Source: Balanoglossus misakiensis (lineage: Eukaryota > Animalia > Hemichordata). Taken from it: a stretch of 64,000 bases of DNA. The position numbers were made by a program, and so were the translations under genes. Positions 40,316-51,741 of this stretch are shown here, one piece after another (the stretch's first letter is position 1; every line of letters begins with the position of its first letter). The notes below the pieces were generated by a model. It was not told the DNA's origin. It searched no databases and was given only the letters and a program-made list of their open reading frames with translations. The stretch lies in NCBI GenBank assembly GCA_040954595.2, contig CM082589.2:4664213-4728212 (forward strand), written 5' to 3'.

Positions 40316-41459
40316 AGCGCCACCTGCAGTGCTGGCTACGATGCAGCGACGTATACATGTGTACCGCCACCGCCGTTCAGATGAAAGTGATACTGCCAAA
40401 ATTCTCTGTGTACTGGTCTGGTTCCCTTTCCCCTTTCTAACGCTACTGACTGCCAACCCTCGAAACTTTTGAAACAGATTAGCTGTGGCACCTACGACGT
40501 TATACCACTCTATAGAGTCTGGGCAAGATCGGGTTAAGATCTTAGTATAGATAGACAGCACTCATAGACGACTATTTTCAGTGTTTTTTATGTTTCTGTG
40601 TCACATCAGTTCTCCTTGTATCCGAACCCGAATAAGGCCCTCGTTTTATATGCACAAATGGGCAAAGGTCTATTGTAAATGTTGATTTAGGACAGAATAT
40701 GGCTAAGATGGACTAATACGTGTATCTATTTTTAACATTTTTAAAATTGATATTTGATAATGTCCACATCATTAAAGTATCGTGGGCAAAGATGTCGGCT
40801 ATTGGCATACTTCAACAAATGCAATGCTGAGTCACACTTGTGTTAAAAATAGTCAGAGAGTGTCTGACACAGTCACTGTGCCCAAGTTGCCGGCAATCAG
40901 TATACATCAAGCGAGTCGTTGCGGGCACCGCGATTGTGCCGCTCTTTGAACGACCAGCAGTATCTACCATATCATCATCGACCCTGGGTTAATGCACGAA
41001 GCAAAGTATCAAGGCAAGTCTTACAGCGAGGTTAGTGACAAGCTTATATTTTAACGTTAATGTGTCGCCGTTGCCACTAATAAAACGTGAAATTTTCCCT
41101 CGTCGAAGATAAGTTGTGCCATAAATGAAGCTCTGACCCGCGAGAACGGAAAGTAAGCTTACCTTTGTAGTAAAATCGTCACATGTACTTCAACCAACAA
41201 GTGTTTAGGCCTACAACTTGAAGTAATACTGTTGAATGTTTCATGAATTGTAGGAACTGAATGAAATTGTGCCAATAATTACTATCTCTTATTCATGTTG
41301 GTTAGTATCGATTTCGCCAACAGAAAAGCATAACTCATTGGTCTAACTGTCTGTGCCATCTGTCGCTTTTATCTAACGACCCCCAGCGTCACAGTACGGC
41401 AACTTCCAGCCGTGTCGGGCGGGCGGCATTGGCCAGTCAAAGACAGGCGCCGGCAAAAC

Positions 41460-43540
41460 ATGAATTCAACGGACGACTCTCCAGATTTTGCCGAACGGCT
41501 AGACACCTCCCTGATCGTGGTGATAGCGGTCTTCATCATGCTCAGCATGGGCTGCGTCACGGAGGTGCCCAACATCCGGGACAATCTGAGGCGACCCTGG
41601 GGGATGCTCCTCACCTTGCTCACGCAGTTCGTCATCATGCCGCTGGTTGCCTTCATCTTAATTGTCATCACGGACCTGCCGACCGTCTACGCCATAGGCG
41701 CCATCATCGTGGCGTCTTGCCCCGGGGGCGCCTTCTCGAACACCTTCAGTTATTTCAGTTTCGGGGACGTCCCTCTCAGGTGGGTGGTGGTGTGACTTGC
41801 GTATACGCACCTTTACTGACAATGCGGAAAAGTATTTTGACGGTTAGATGCATTGCAACGGCCGTATAGACCTATTGGTCATGTAGATTAGGTACTTTGC
41901 ATTGCAACGGCCGTATAGACCTATTGGTCATGTAGATTAGGTACTTTGTTCCAATAGCATATTTATTCTCTTACCTAGCGACACCTTAAACACTTGAATC
42001 AGTGACAACTGAAACAGCAAGATGATATGTTAAAGGTGCTACGAGTGAAACTGATAGATGTTGAAAACACATATTGTATATATTTGAGCTGTACATGTTT
42101 CTTCCTCATCGTCGTAAACTACGGCCTCTTGACGGCAAAAGCAGTAATGTTCTACCTCGGAAACCTTGGCGACAGACTAGACATTCTTCTTCTCTTCTCG
42201 CATTTTAGCATCTGCCTGACCACGTGCTCGTCACTCTTCGCAGTCGCTGGATTACCGCTGACCGTGGCCATCTACAGCAACGCACTGATCCCTGAAAACA
42301 GCGAGATCATCGTGCCCTACACGCAAATATGTGTGTCGCTGTTGATGGTCATACTGCCGACCATTGCGGGAATCCTGATTCTGTGGAAGTGTCCACGCCT
42401 GGCGATTATTTTGGAAAAGGTGAGACACGTTCCCATAACGTGCGTACGTATACCTTTAAAGGATAACAGTCCCCTCTAATTTACATATGCAAAAAGACCA
42501 TGAGATGGCGAAATCGAACGGAAATACTGATGTTGCTTGCTATTTTTTTTTCTCGGTGTCAAAATTACTTTAGAACGGAACTACCATCCTACGTACTCAA
42601 AATATATATGTGACGGGTCGTTTCGGTACAGTTGCTAATCCAAACAATTGCATAGCGCCAGCAACTTCGGATATCCTATTTTTAGAGACACTTTCCATAT
42701 ACGTGCTTTGATAATGATGACTCGGCATCCGTCATGGTTTTCAACTTTTACTTAAATTTATGGATAGATAACTTTGGGGGACCCACTCTATGCATATCGA
42801 TACGACACTACTACTTCCATCTCGTCGACAATTTTGCTGCGTGCATTTCTCCTAAAATAGTTCCAATCGTGTTTAGAAAAGTATGACTTTGGTATTTCAT
42901 GAAGCCGGGAAAATTCCAAATTTAGGAGCATCACAGAATTGAACTGTGTGTCGGTAATCTCTTATCTGTGTCTATAAACTTTCTAACCACCTGCGCGTTG
43001 CTCGTCTTCCAGACCTGCTGCGTCATCGGTCTGTTGGCCTTAGCTGCCTGGCTCATTCAGAAGTGCGTCTTCACATCGGAAATATTCGCGGCTCCCTGGC
43101 AAGCGTACGCTATCGGGGCCGCCCTGCCCGTCATCTCGTTCACCGTGGGGTTCACACTCTCCACCGCCTGCCGGCTGCCGGCGGACAAGCGTCGATCTGT
43201 CGCCATAGAGACGGGGTGTCAGAACGTGGGACTGGCGTTGGCCATCATCGCCATCTCCTTCTCGGGGTTCCCGTACAGTCTTCAGATCCAGGGGGTCCCA
43301 CTCTTCTACTGCATCGCCATGTTTATGTACGCGTTTGTGGGCATCGTGGCCTGCAGAGTTTTATACGGGGATCGAAAGGAGGAAGAGAAGAAGAGGTTAG
43401 AAGAAATGAACGCCAATAAGGACGGTGGAGAGTCTTTAATTGTCGACAAAACTGACGAGGAACTCGACTATACTAATAGCATGACCTATGGCAGTGTTAA
43501 GGACGACTCTTTGGATCCCATACGCGGGGTTGAACAGTGA
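41460..43540 (+). CDS. SLC10 transporter copy 4, 352 aa
   Basis: Exons 41460-41779, 42209-42419 and 43013-43540 (1059 nt). Motifs MLSMGC, CPGGAFSN and ETGCQNVGLA. The middle exon is 211 nt, as in all four copies. Confidence 0.92.
41849..41948. repeat. Perfect 49-bp tandem duplication in intron 1 of SLC10 copy 4
   Basis: TGCATTGCAACGGCCGTATAGACCTATTGGTCATGTAGATTAGGTACTT starts at 41849 and again at 41898. Confidence 0.95.
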
Positions 43541-44571
43541 TAGACTAAGAGTCTGAGAACTTTTAACGCGAAGTGTGAAAAAATATGTAACGCTCCGCCG
43601 GCGATTTGATCCACAATGATCAAGGTCTATTTTAGTTACTTTAAGTGGTGCTCATATGGCTGTAATGTTTGGTTCGATGCACATTTGCATTCGTTTAACA
43701 AGCTGCAGTGGTGGTCTGTGTGTCGTGCTCGCTTGAGATATTTTACAAGGGCGCTCTCTGCACAAGGTTCGCCTTTGGTGGAAATGATGGTACCTATACC
43801 TGCATCGGAATTCACTTGTTTACAGCTATTGTCTTGGTACCGAAGTGCTAATGTTGTCAATGTTTCGAATGAGCTTTACTGGTAATACCAAGGAGAAAGA
43901 AATGTTATTTTTCGTTGTTGTTGTTGTTTTAATTTGACCAGTGAAATTTCACATTCATTTCTACAATTTCTTCCTAACACATGCTAGTATGTTCAAAAGG
44001 GAAATCTGCTCTCTGCCACCAGCCTGCTTGTAGGTACATGTAACTAGATTTCGGAGCGTCACTTGCCCAGTTGCAACGCAAAATTCATCTGTCATATTTA
44101 TAACCGCAACAAGCTACGTAAGTTAACAGATGACAAAAGACAACAATAAATTGACTTGAAATCTGTGAGAACCGGTCTTTTGTAAATTTTCAAATAAGCA
44201 CATCTGCACAGTGAGAGGATGTGTAATGCGAATAAGGGGTGGGTCCTGACGTCATGGCAGTAGGCGAAATACATCATGATGTACTTGAAAAACGCTTGGT
44301 ACGTGAAGTGTCCGTGGTGGAAATAGGTTATACACGAATATAAATTCCTCTGCTTGAAAACACTGTTATTGAATCTGAAGTGAATTTATTGAAATTGGAG
44401 GGGGGTAATTTAATTCCAGAAGTTAGAAAAAATGCACATTCTCGCACCCTGACTGTACCTGCCCCTCCAAGTTCCAATGGTTGCTTCCTAAAGCTTATAC
44501 ACAAAAGTCCTTTCAGTGGTAATATGACCATAGACAAAACTGCCTATGTTATTACCTACGTTGCGAGCACC

Positions 44572-47137
44572 ATGCCAAAATTTTACGCTTTCAAATATTT
44601 CGCGATCTTGAATGTGATAGTCGCCGCCTGCGTCTTTATTGTGATCGCGTTGACCGATTTTCCTTCACTCAAGAGTTTCAAGAAACGCACGGTTTTCCTC
44701 GCCAATGCAATTTTCGATGAATCGCAGAGATGGGCGGACGAAGAAGGCAGCGCTACTCGATTTGTTCCGAAAAACAGTAAGGAAAAAGTACAAATGACTT
44801 CGTTCAGCAGATCGGAAACACTCGAGTCAGTAAGTGGTGTCATTTTAAATGACTTTTCTTTTTTCGTTTTCACAACCACAACATGTTTTCGGTCCCTGCA
44901 GATGTTTGCGATGGAAAGTATCAGTACACCAACTTGTGACTGTTTTGCCGTAAAACTAATTTGTACATATACAGAAATCTGAAGGAGAATACCTGATGGT
45001 GTGTGATTATTGCATTTTATACTTAGGTTAAAGACAACACTACCACAGGTCGGTATCTGCTGTACATCAACGCTGTTGCTAGAGGGGGACCCAACTGTCA
45101 ATATCATCATTTCTTCGAAGCGCTGACTTATTGCATAGCTGAGAATCGTTCCGTGGTAGAAGCTGTCCTGTTCCACGCCCACTATCAATTCAACGGTGGG
45201 ACGGAAAGTATAAGATCTCTGCGCGAAACGTTTGATGTCGACAGTCTGGGACAAATCGTTGATTACGCGTCTGTCGACACCTTCAGGGAAGAATGCAACG
45301 GAACGGTGGAAACGGTGCTGACCACGCCAGGTGTACGGCACAGTCGGCATAAGTATTCGTACGGCCAGTCAGTGCGGTTGTACCGGGATGTGTTCGGCAT
45401 CGACGTACCGGGCTATGAATCCCTGCCCACTACGGAATTCGAAGCAAAGCGGAGGGTCGTGTCTGCAGCCCGGGTGAAATGTGTCGGGGTGTGGGTCTTA
45501 CTGCCGGATTTGTACCAATCTGTTTCATCGACGTTGACGAACACTATAAAAAGATACTTGGTGTACTCGCCTCCAATCAGAAATGCAGCAGAAGAGATTG
45601 CTAAGAGGACAATGCGTGGTCTACCGTACATTGCAATACACTGGCGCGGTAAAGCCAAAGAAAGGTAGTTTATCTATTTGTTTCTCTCAGTAGCTGTCCG
45701 GGGTTCACAACTCCGTCAGCTGTCTATCTGTCTGCTTGTCTGTCCGTCCGTGTGTTTGTCTTACACATTATGATCATAGACCCCCAACACACGGGGTTTC
45801 CATATAAACTGTCGACATTGATTCTCAAAAAAGAAAAACGTACGAAAATGTGTTTTTCTCAAAAGTTAGTGGCTGAATCCAAATGGTATATATAAAAAGT
45901 GCGTTTTCACACAGAAAAAAAACATTGAACAATTAAAATAGCGACAAGACAATGTCTTTAATATAAAAAAAAGCTTTATATATATCAACAGCATTTTTCT
46001 AGCAAACACGTGTGTTTATAGCAACGATTCATCCATGCTTAAGTGTTCAACTTCAAGTTTTTTTTTTCATGCGACTGTAGATACGCGCGGAAGTGTTCTG
46101 GCGAACAAACGCCAAAGAGAGGCAATTGCGATGAGATGAAGCACGAACTGTTGGCTAACGACCGCGAAGCTATTTTGGTAGCGATTGCTGTTCGCAAGTT
46201 GATGGATGTAAATAATGTCTCTTACTTGTACGTAGCTACTCCACCTATGTCATCGGTATGCTATTCTATTTTTTCTATACATTTCATAGTTTATGTGGTA
46301 ACTGGATGTTAATTTGCGTATTTTATCACTTTCTTGAAATTGTCCACAGTACAAAGAACAAAGTTACGGTAAAAAAATTGTAAGAATGCGCTAGTACAAC
46401 GATGTTCAAAATAGTCTTGGGGCAATATGCGGCCTATCATAGGTTTGAAGCATCCATGTACCGTACATGTGCACCTGGTAAACTGACCAATCAAAGTCTA
46501 CGACAGGAGACCACCTGTACATTGCATTAACTATACAAGGTATATCTCCCTTGCTCAGAACATTGTAGAAGTACTACGAAATGAAGGTGTTCGTGGGATT
46601 TACTCGGCTGAAAATATCAAGAGTGATGATTACCCATCCATTGCAAGAATGAAGAGAGACGACTACATTTGGTCCCTGGTTGAAGAACAAGTCTGCAAAG
46701 GTACGCCGGAACGTATTACAGTTGCAATCCCTGACTCTGGAGTCATCGCACCAATGAATATATGAAACTCTGAAAAACCAAGCACTACCCATCATTTTTA
46801 TATGGGCGATATCATCCTCATAGTAATACGATCGATGGATTATGATTGAGAGGCAAGGGAAAATGCATCTTCCGCTCGCACGTGTCGTCGGCTCGGCCAC
46901 AGTTCGTGGGGTCTACCAGCCAATGGCAAAGTCACCATATAAATCGCACCTTGATTGTGTAACATCAACCAAATGCGTCAGTCACTTCAAGTTCACCTGT
47001 CGTGTTCTTTTTCTGCCACAGATTCCACGATATTTATTAGTCAGAGCGGGAGTACGTGGTCTTCTTCGGTCCAAAGCGCAAGGGCTGCCAGAAACGCAGT
47101 GTCCATCCCTATCAGCAGGTTGGTTGAAAAAGAGTAA
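44572..47137 (+). CDS. GDP-fucose protein O-fucosyltransferase-family (GT-B) glycosyltransferase, type II membrane, ~442 aa
   Basis: Exons 44572-44829, 45027-45664, 46081-46255, 46559-46700 and 47022-47137 join in frame (1329 nt). TM segment YFAILNVIVAACVFIVIAL; motifs RYLLY..GGPNCQ..AENRSVV, PYIAIHWR, YLYVAT and SLVEEQVC..STIFI..SGSTWS. An alternative in-frame ATG lies at 44524. Confidence 0.8.
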
Positions 47138-47580
47138 CAAGATCACCGTTTTGTTGTGAACAAAATCACACCACCCCATCTACACATCACAAACACTCCG
47201 TAGTTTCTTTTCAATTTAAAAACAGGTAGACAAAAAAATTGAATGTAAATAACTTTTATTAAAATTGGCTTAAAATATATGGAATCTCTTAAAACCAAAA
47301 CATTTCTGCAGGTTTGGCAGTGGACGATGGTCTTTCTGTCTTCTTCTCTCTCAAAATCGTTGAACAAAACACATACTTCTGGGCAGTTTAAATGCTGAAT
47401 GTGATTGTTGTCATAGAAACAGGCAGTGAAGGAAAGAAAACTATACACAGAAATAGAAAAACAAAGAACACTGATTTGAATTCCCTTCCATGGATAAAAT
47501 CAAAGTTGATTTAAAACTTTTGATCAAGAAGAAAATCGTATTAAAAAGTTCATGTGAGCTGCATGCAGATCAAAAAAGAC

Positions 47581-47668
47581 TAACCCTTTCACCACCATGG
47601 TTCAGTCCAAACCCACTGTTTTCTATGGGATGGTTGAACCTCTATAGAGGGACTAGGGGGGAAAGGTT
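47581..47668 (-). mobile_element. ~90-bp TTAA-CCCT (piggyBac-like) MITE copy
   Basis: Aligns over its length with the reverse complement of 56043-56140 (ACCCTTTCACyACCATGGTTCAGTCyAAACCyAyTGTTTyCTATGG...AGAGGGA.CT.GGGG.GAAAGG). Confidence 0.7.
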
Positions 47669-47766
47669 CCAATTCTATAAAACATATTGTACATATTTCA
47701 CATCAGTAAAAAGTCTTAATTGTTCTGATCAGCCTTGAGGAATTAATTGATCATCAGAAGATGACT

Positions 47767-50530
47767 TCAACCATTGACATCAGCCAGTGGGGAGGTAACT
47801 CGCTGATTCAGACACTTCCGTGGTTTGCAAGGCTTCAGTAAATGACGACCGAACTGAAAAGAAACAAACACGGCACAGATTAAAATGGGTGCGGGAAGGA
47901 TTTCGAATGCCCAAAATGAAAAATACGATCACGTAACACATTAAAAGGTACTTCAATATGCCGCAGTATTGAAAACTGTGCGAGTTCAAGCAACACAGTG
48001 ATAAGGTTAGACTATCTCTCACTGGATATTGCATTTCTTTTCATTGTGAGGTGACAGAGGCACCTAACAGCTGGCAGAGTTGTTGATGCTTAGGTCACCA
48101 GTTGCGACAACTGACATTTTGACCCAAGCTGTCAATACAGCTCAACTTGTCACACTCACTGTTTTACGTTGTCCATAGAAACGAATTGAAAATATGTCGC
48201 TGCGTGACAAAACCTGATTGAATCAGATTTTACAAATGTGGCAAGTGCCAACAAGAAACCAGCATCTGTTTGGCCAACTCCATTGCTTGCACTGGGTCTA
48301 TACACTTAAATAGGGGGTGAAAGTCTAAAAATCCTTCCCACCTGTGGACTGGACCTCATCGGACTCCTCTGAGGTGACGGAGTGAAACCATGATCATTTT
48401 CTTTGCCTGCTGGGGGGCTCTCCATGGCACGTCGATGTGCAAATTTTCTCTTCAGTGCTCGTGCGATCAATGACGCAGGGTCGTCGTTGTCGCTAGGCTT
48501 TGGTGGTTGCCTGATGGGTGTTCCACCCGGAGATCTGAAATTTTAAAGAAACAGAAAAAATCGTGTTCTAGTTCCTCACCAGGGATAACGTTGCAGTAAT
48601 CTTGCTACGAACAGTTATTGTTATCACCTTTAACCCTTTCACCCCCAGTTCCCCCTTTATTGACATTACCTGGCAATGGACTTGAGTTTGACAGTGCCAA
48701 GGCCTTTCAAGACTTCAGCCATGTTGGGAGCACAGGCAGGCGTGTTGGGTGTTCCAGTTCTCTTTGTTGTGTCACCTTTGGCAGCTTTATTCTGTAAACG
48801 AATGCCGTTTTATTACTCAATAGGTTTTAATCAACATAGACAATGTTGAAGAAAGATTCAGATAACTGACACTTGGAGGTGACCGTAGAATCAATTGACA
48901 GCCACTACACTTTCAACTTACCTTTCTGATGATTTCAGCTATTGACATCTGCTGTTTGGGCACCAGTGACATTGGAGGGGGAGGGGGAGGGGGTGGGGGT
49001 GGGGGAGGGGGTGCAGACTTAGGACAGTTGGGTGTCAGTGGCGGTGTGTCAAAACAGTTTGGTGGAGGAATGCAAGTCATAGGTGTGGCTGTAGAAATAA
49101 TCGAGAATCAATACGTTAGTGTTAGAACTTAGCAATGATATGAAAAAATATAGAGACTACAGTCAAACCTGTCTATAGTGGCCAGTCAATGGTCTTTCCT
49201 AAACTGGCCATTATAGGCAGGTCAATGGTACATGTAAACTGCACACGAACAGTAACAAAGTGGACATGTAAATATATTACCTATTTGTTGGTGCTGTGCT
49301 TGTGAAGAAACTATCATCGCTATCTGTTCCCTCAGCTTCGCCAACTCCTCTTCCAAAGCACTGATTTTCACCAGAGCAGCAGGATCGGGGGTTGCCGCGA
49401 CGACGCTGTGGGGTGCTTCTACTTCGTCATGTTCTGGTATAGGAGTGATGGATGCTGACTCTTTTGGCAGTATGCTGGCTCTGACTTTTGCCCTGGAGCG
49501 TTTTGCTCTTGCTGGTCTGTATTCTGACCTGGGATGTCAAATGGTTCACATGTTACTAAAAATACAAGTTTTATTATCATGGCGGCCTTCAGTGTTATGG
49601 CATTTACATCGGACCAGAACGTGTTTATGGCTTGCCTATGGTCTCACTTGTGGAAACTTACCAGCTTCTTTCAACTCTTTTTTTAATTAGATGGTAGTGC
49701 TTATATTTTATGTCGCAGTTTAGAGTTCTTTAATAACTCAGTATCACATATTAGCATAATGATAATCTGAATCAGACTGATTTGTTCATCAGCATGATTC
49801 AGTTTGTCCAAACGTTGATGGCGCTCTACCCAGCAAGGTCACCGAGGGGATTATTACCTTCCTCTAATGTGTTTATCTGGACTGACAGTCGTCAGCCACT
49901 TGACATCAGCCAACGAGTAGACAGCTGATGGGTCACTGTCTTCGTCAAAGAACACAGGCTTCCATTCTCTTCTATCCGCTTCTTTCAGGTCAATCTGTTG
50001 ATGTGTTGCAAAACAGGAAAGACATTTCAGTTATGATTTGCTAAGTTATACTGGATTTATGTCATTGCCATAAATACTTTTCATGATGAAAAAATATTGA
50101 TGAAAGTTAGAGATATACATTTTTATGAGCGCATACTCACATTGAAAAACACTCTTCTGCATGGTTGTAGTGGTAGATGACTTCCAATCACTCTGACGAT
50201 GGAATGACGTCTCTTCATTTTCTGATTTTTGTCTTGAGTCAACCAACCCTAGATGACAAGTGAATAACATAATAAATTTATCACAAGGAAATAAACATTA
50301 AAACATCAGGCAGGCAGTAAACATTCACTTGTTTACTAAAGTGACAATCAACAACCAAGTGTAGGTGTATGCAATTACTTCAATAATAATACCTGAAATG
50401 TATCTGGATCCACCCCGAAATATTCCAAAACCATTCTCATCAACAACAGCGCTGGTTCGATCATCAGCCTAAACGTGCTCGTCTGTAAAACATCAAATGG
50501 TTTGGTACGTGTATTTGAATGCAAGTACAT
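47767..50530 (-). CDS. MTFR1: Mitochondrial fission regulator family protein (MTFR1/MTFR2/MTFR1L pro-ortholog), ~399 aa
   Basis: Exons 50530-50393, 50248-50141, 49994-49858, 49528-49281, 49088-48922, 48791-48670, 48534-48342 and 47853-47767 join in frame (1200 nt). Family motifs LMRMVLEYFGV, SIVRVIGSHLPLQPCRR, SLADVKW, KISALEEELAKLREQIAMIV, a polyproline run, PNMAEVLKGLGTVKLK, RSPGGTP, DPASLIARALKRKFA and FGRHLLK. The exact start is uncertain. Confidence 0.92.
48630..48655 (+). mobile_element. Terminal fragment of the TTAA-CCCT MITE family
   Basis: TTAACCCTTTCACCCCCAGTTCCC, identical to the start of the copy at 11435. Confidence 0.5.
49158..49225 (+). mobile_element. Tc1/pogo-type MITE end (TA + CAGTCAAACCTGTCTA)
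   Basis: TACAGTCAAACCTGTCTA is 17/18 identical to the reverse complement of 52707-52724. TA-CAGT termini are typical of Tc1/mariner-pogo elements. Confidence 0.45.
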
Positions 50531-51019
50531 CTGATGAAAAGGACTCAATCGTTGAAAAAACATCAGTCCCGTTCACACCTAGTATCTATAGCACATGCAT
50601 CATACTAGTAATGAGTTCATACATTGGCAACCATGCCACCCAGGGCCTGGGCTAAACACCGTTTGCACAGTGACCTACCAGTTAGTGAGGACAATCAACC
50701 ATGGAAACACAGACGTTACTATCAAGCAATTTCAACCAAGCATTATTTGGTAACTAAAGGATCATGGATCTATCACAGATTGTAGTGTAAAACTTGGACA
50801 CTTATGTGGCCTCTCGTCGTTGCGAGAAGCCATGCTCAAACTTTTCACGATCCGCCGGGTGGCCAAAAAAGCAATTTTAAAGCAGCTAGCTTATTACAAG
50901 GCATGTTGATCTATAACAGGTGACTTACCTGTGGTTTTGTTATAAAGATCTGCACAAATGCTACGCTTTTACCGGGAAAATACTTGCATTATATTACATT
51001 TGCGTGGATCACATCACAG

Positions 51020-51190
51020 TCGTGTTCAAATCTTGCTATGCTCAACCGGGCTTTGAATGAAATCAACAAGGCAACGATCAACCAATCGTATTGCATTTCC
51101 GGTGGAGCAAATCCAATCACCGCCAGGCGTTATACGAATCCAGCCAATGAGGTGGCAAGATTCTCAATCGCCGCCATTTTTAAAAACATA
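51020..51190. promoter_or_regulatory. Bidirectional promoter between MTFR and ARMC1
   Basis: CCAAT at 51082, 51113 and 51144; ETS-type ATTTCCGGT 51095-51103; YY1-type CCGCCATTTT 51171-51180; TTTGAA (CHR-like) at 51025-51030 (-) and 51052-51057 (+). Flanked by outward-facing GTAAG donors at ~50928 (-) and ~51229 (+). Confidence 0.75.
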
Positions 51191-51741
51191 CAACAGGAAG
51201 GATTCCCACGGTACGGACGTATTTTCTTGGTAAGGCTATTATCACATTTCCCACACCGTTTGTCACATAGTTATTAATGTTTTTCAAAATATTTATTCGT
51301 ATGAGAAACCATAACATGTATCAGCTTATATTTCAATAGTTTGATGTAAGATAAAGTCATTCTTTGGTCTCGAATTCATGCTTGTAAGCACGACGCCATA
51401 TTCATGATTTGATTGTATGAATGCTGACCAGCATGCAACATAAAATACATACTCGATATGTATTGTATACTATCATTGAATAATACTCTGAAAAGCTGAA
51501 AGCATGCCGTTATTGAACGCCAAAACATGTCCCCATTGTTAAAACTTGCCTTTTCCCCACTGAAAACGGAAACAACTTATGAACTTGATATGAACGTGTT
51601 GGAACAGGACACTTGATCAATTTCAGTGCATGTGCAGGCTGTGGTGTTTACATTCACTGTCATCACACTTGTTTGTTTTGTTTGGCTTTAACTGTTTGTT
51701 TGTGTGTTTGTTTCAGCAATTCAAACTACAATACACCTACA

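Noticed and set aside
50764-50833. Short ATG-initiated ORF (MASRNDERPHK...) on the minus strand upstream of MTFR, as a first coding exon
   Set aside because: It ends in TGA, and I found no convincing donor joining it to the 50530 exon. At most a uORF.
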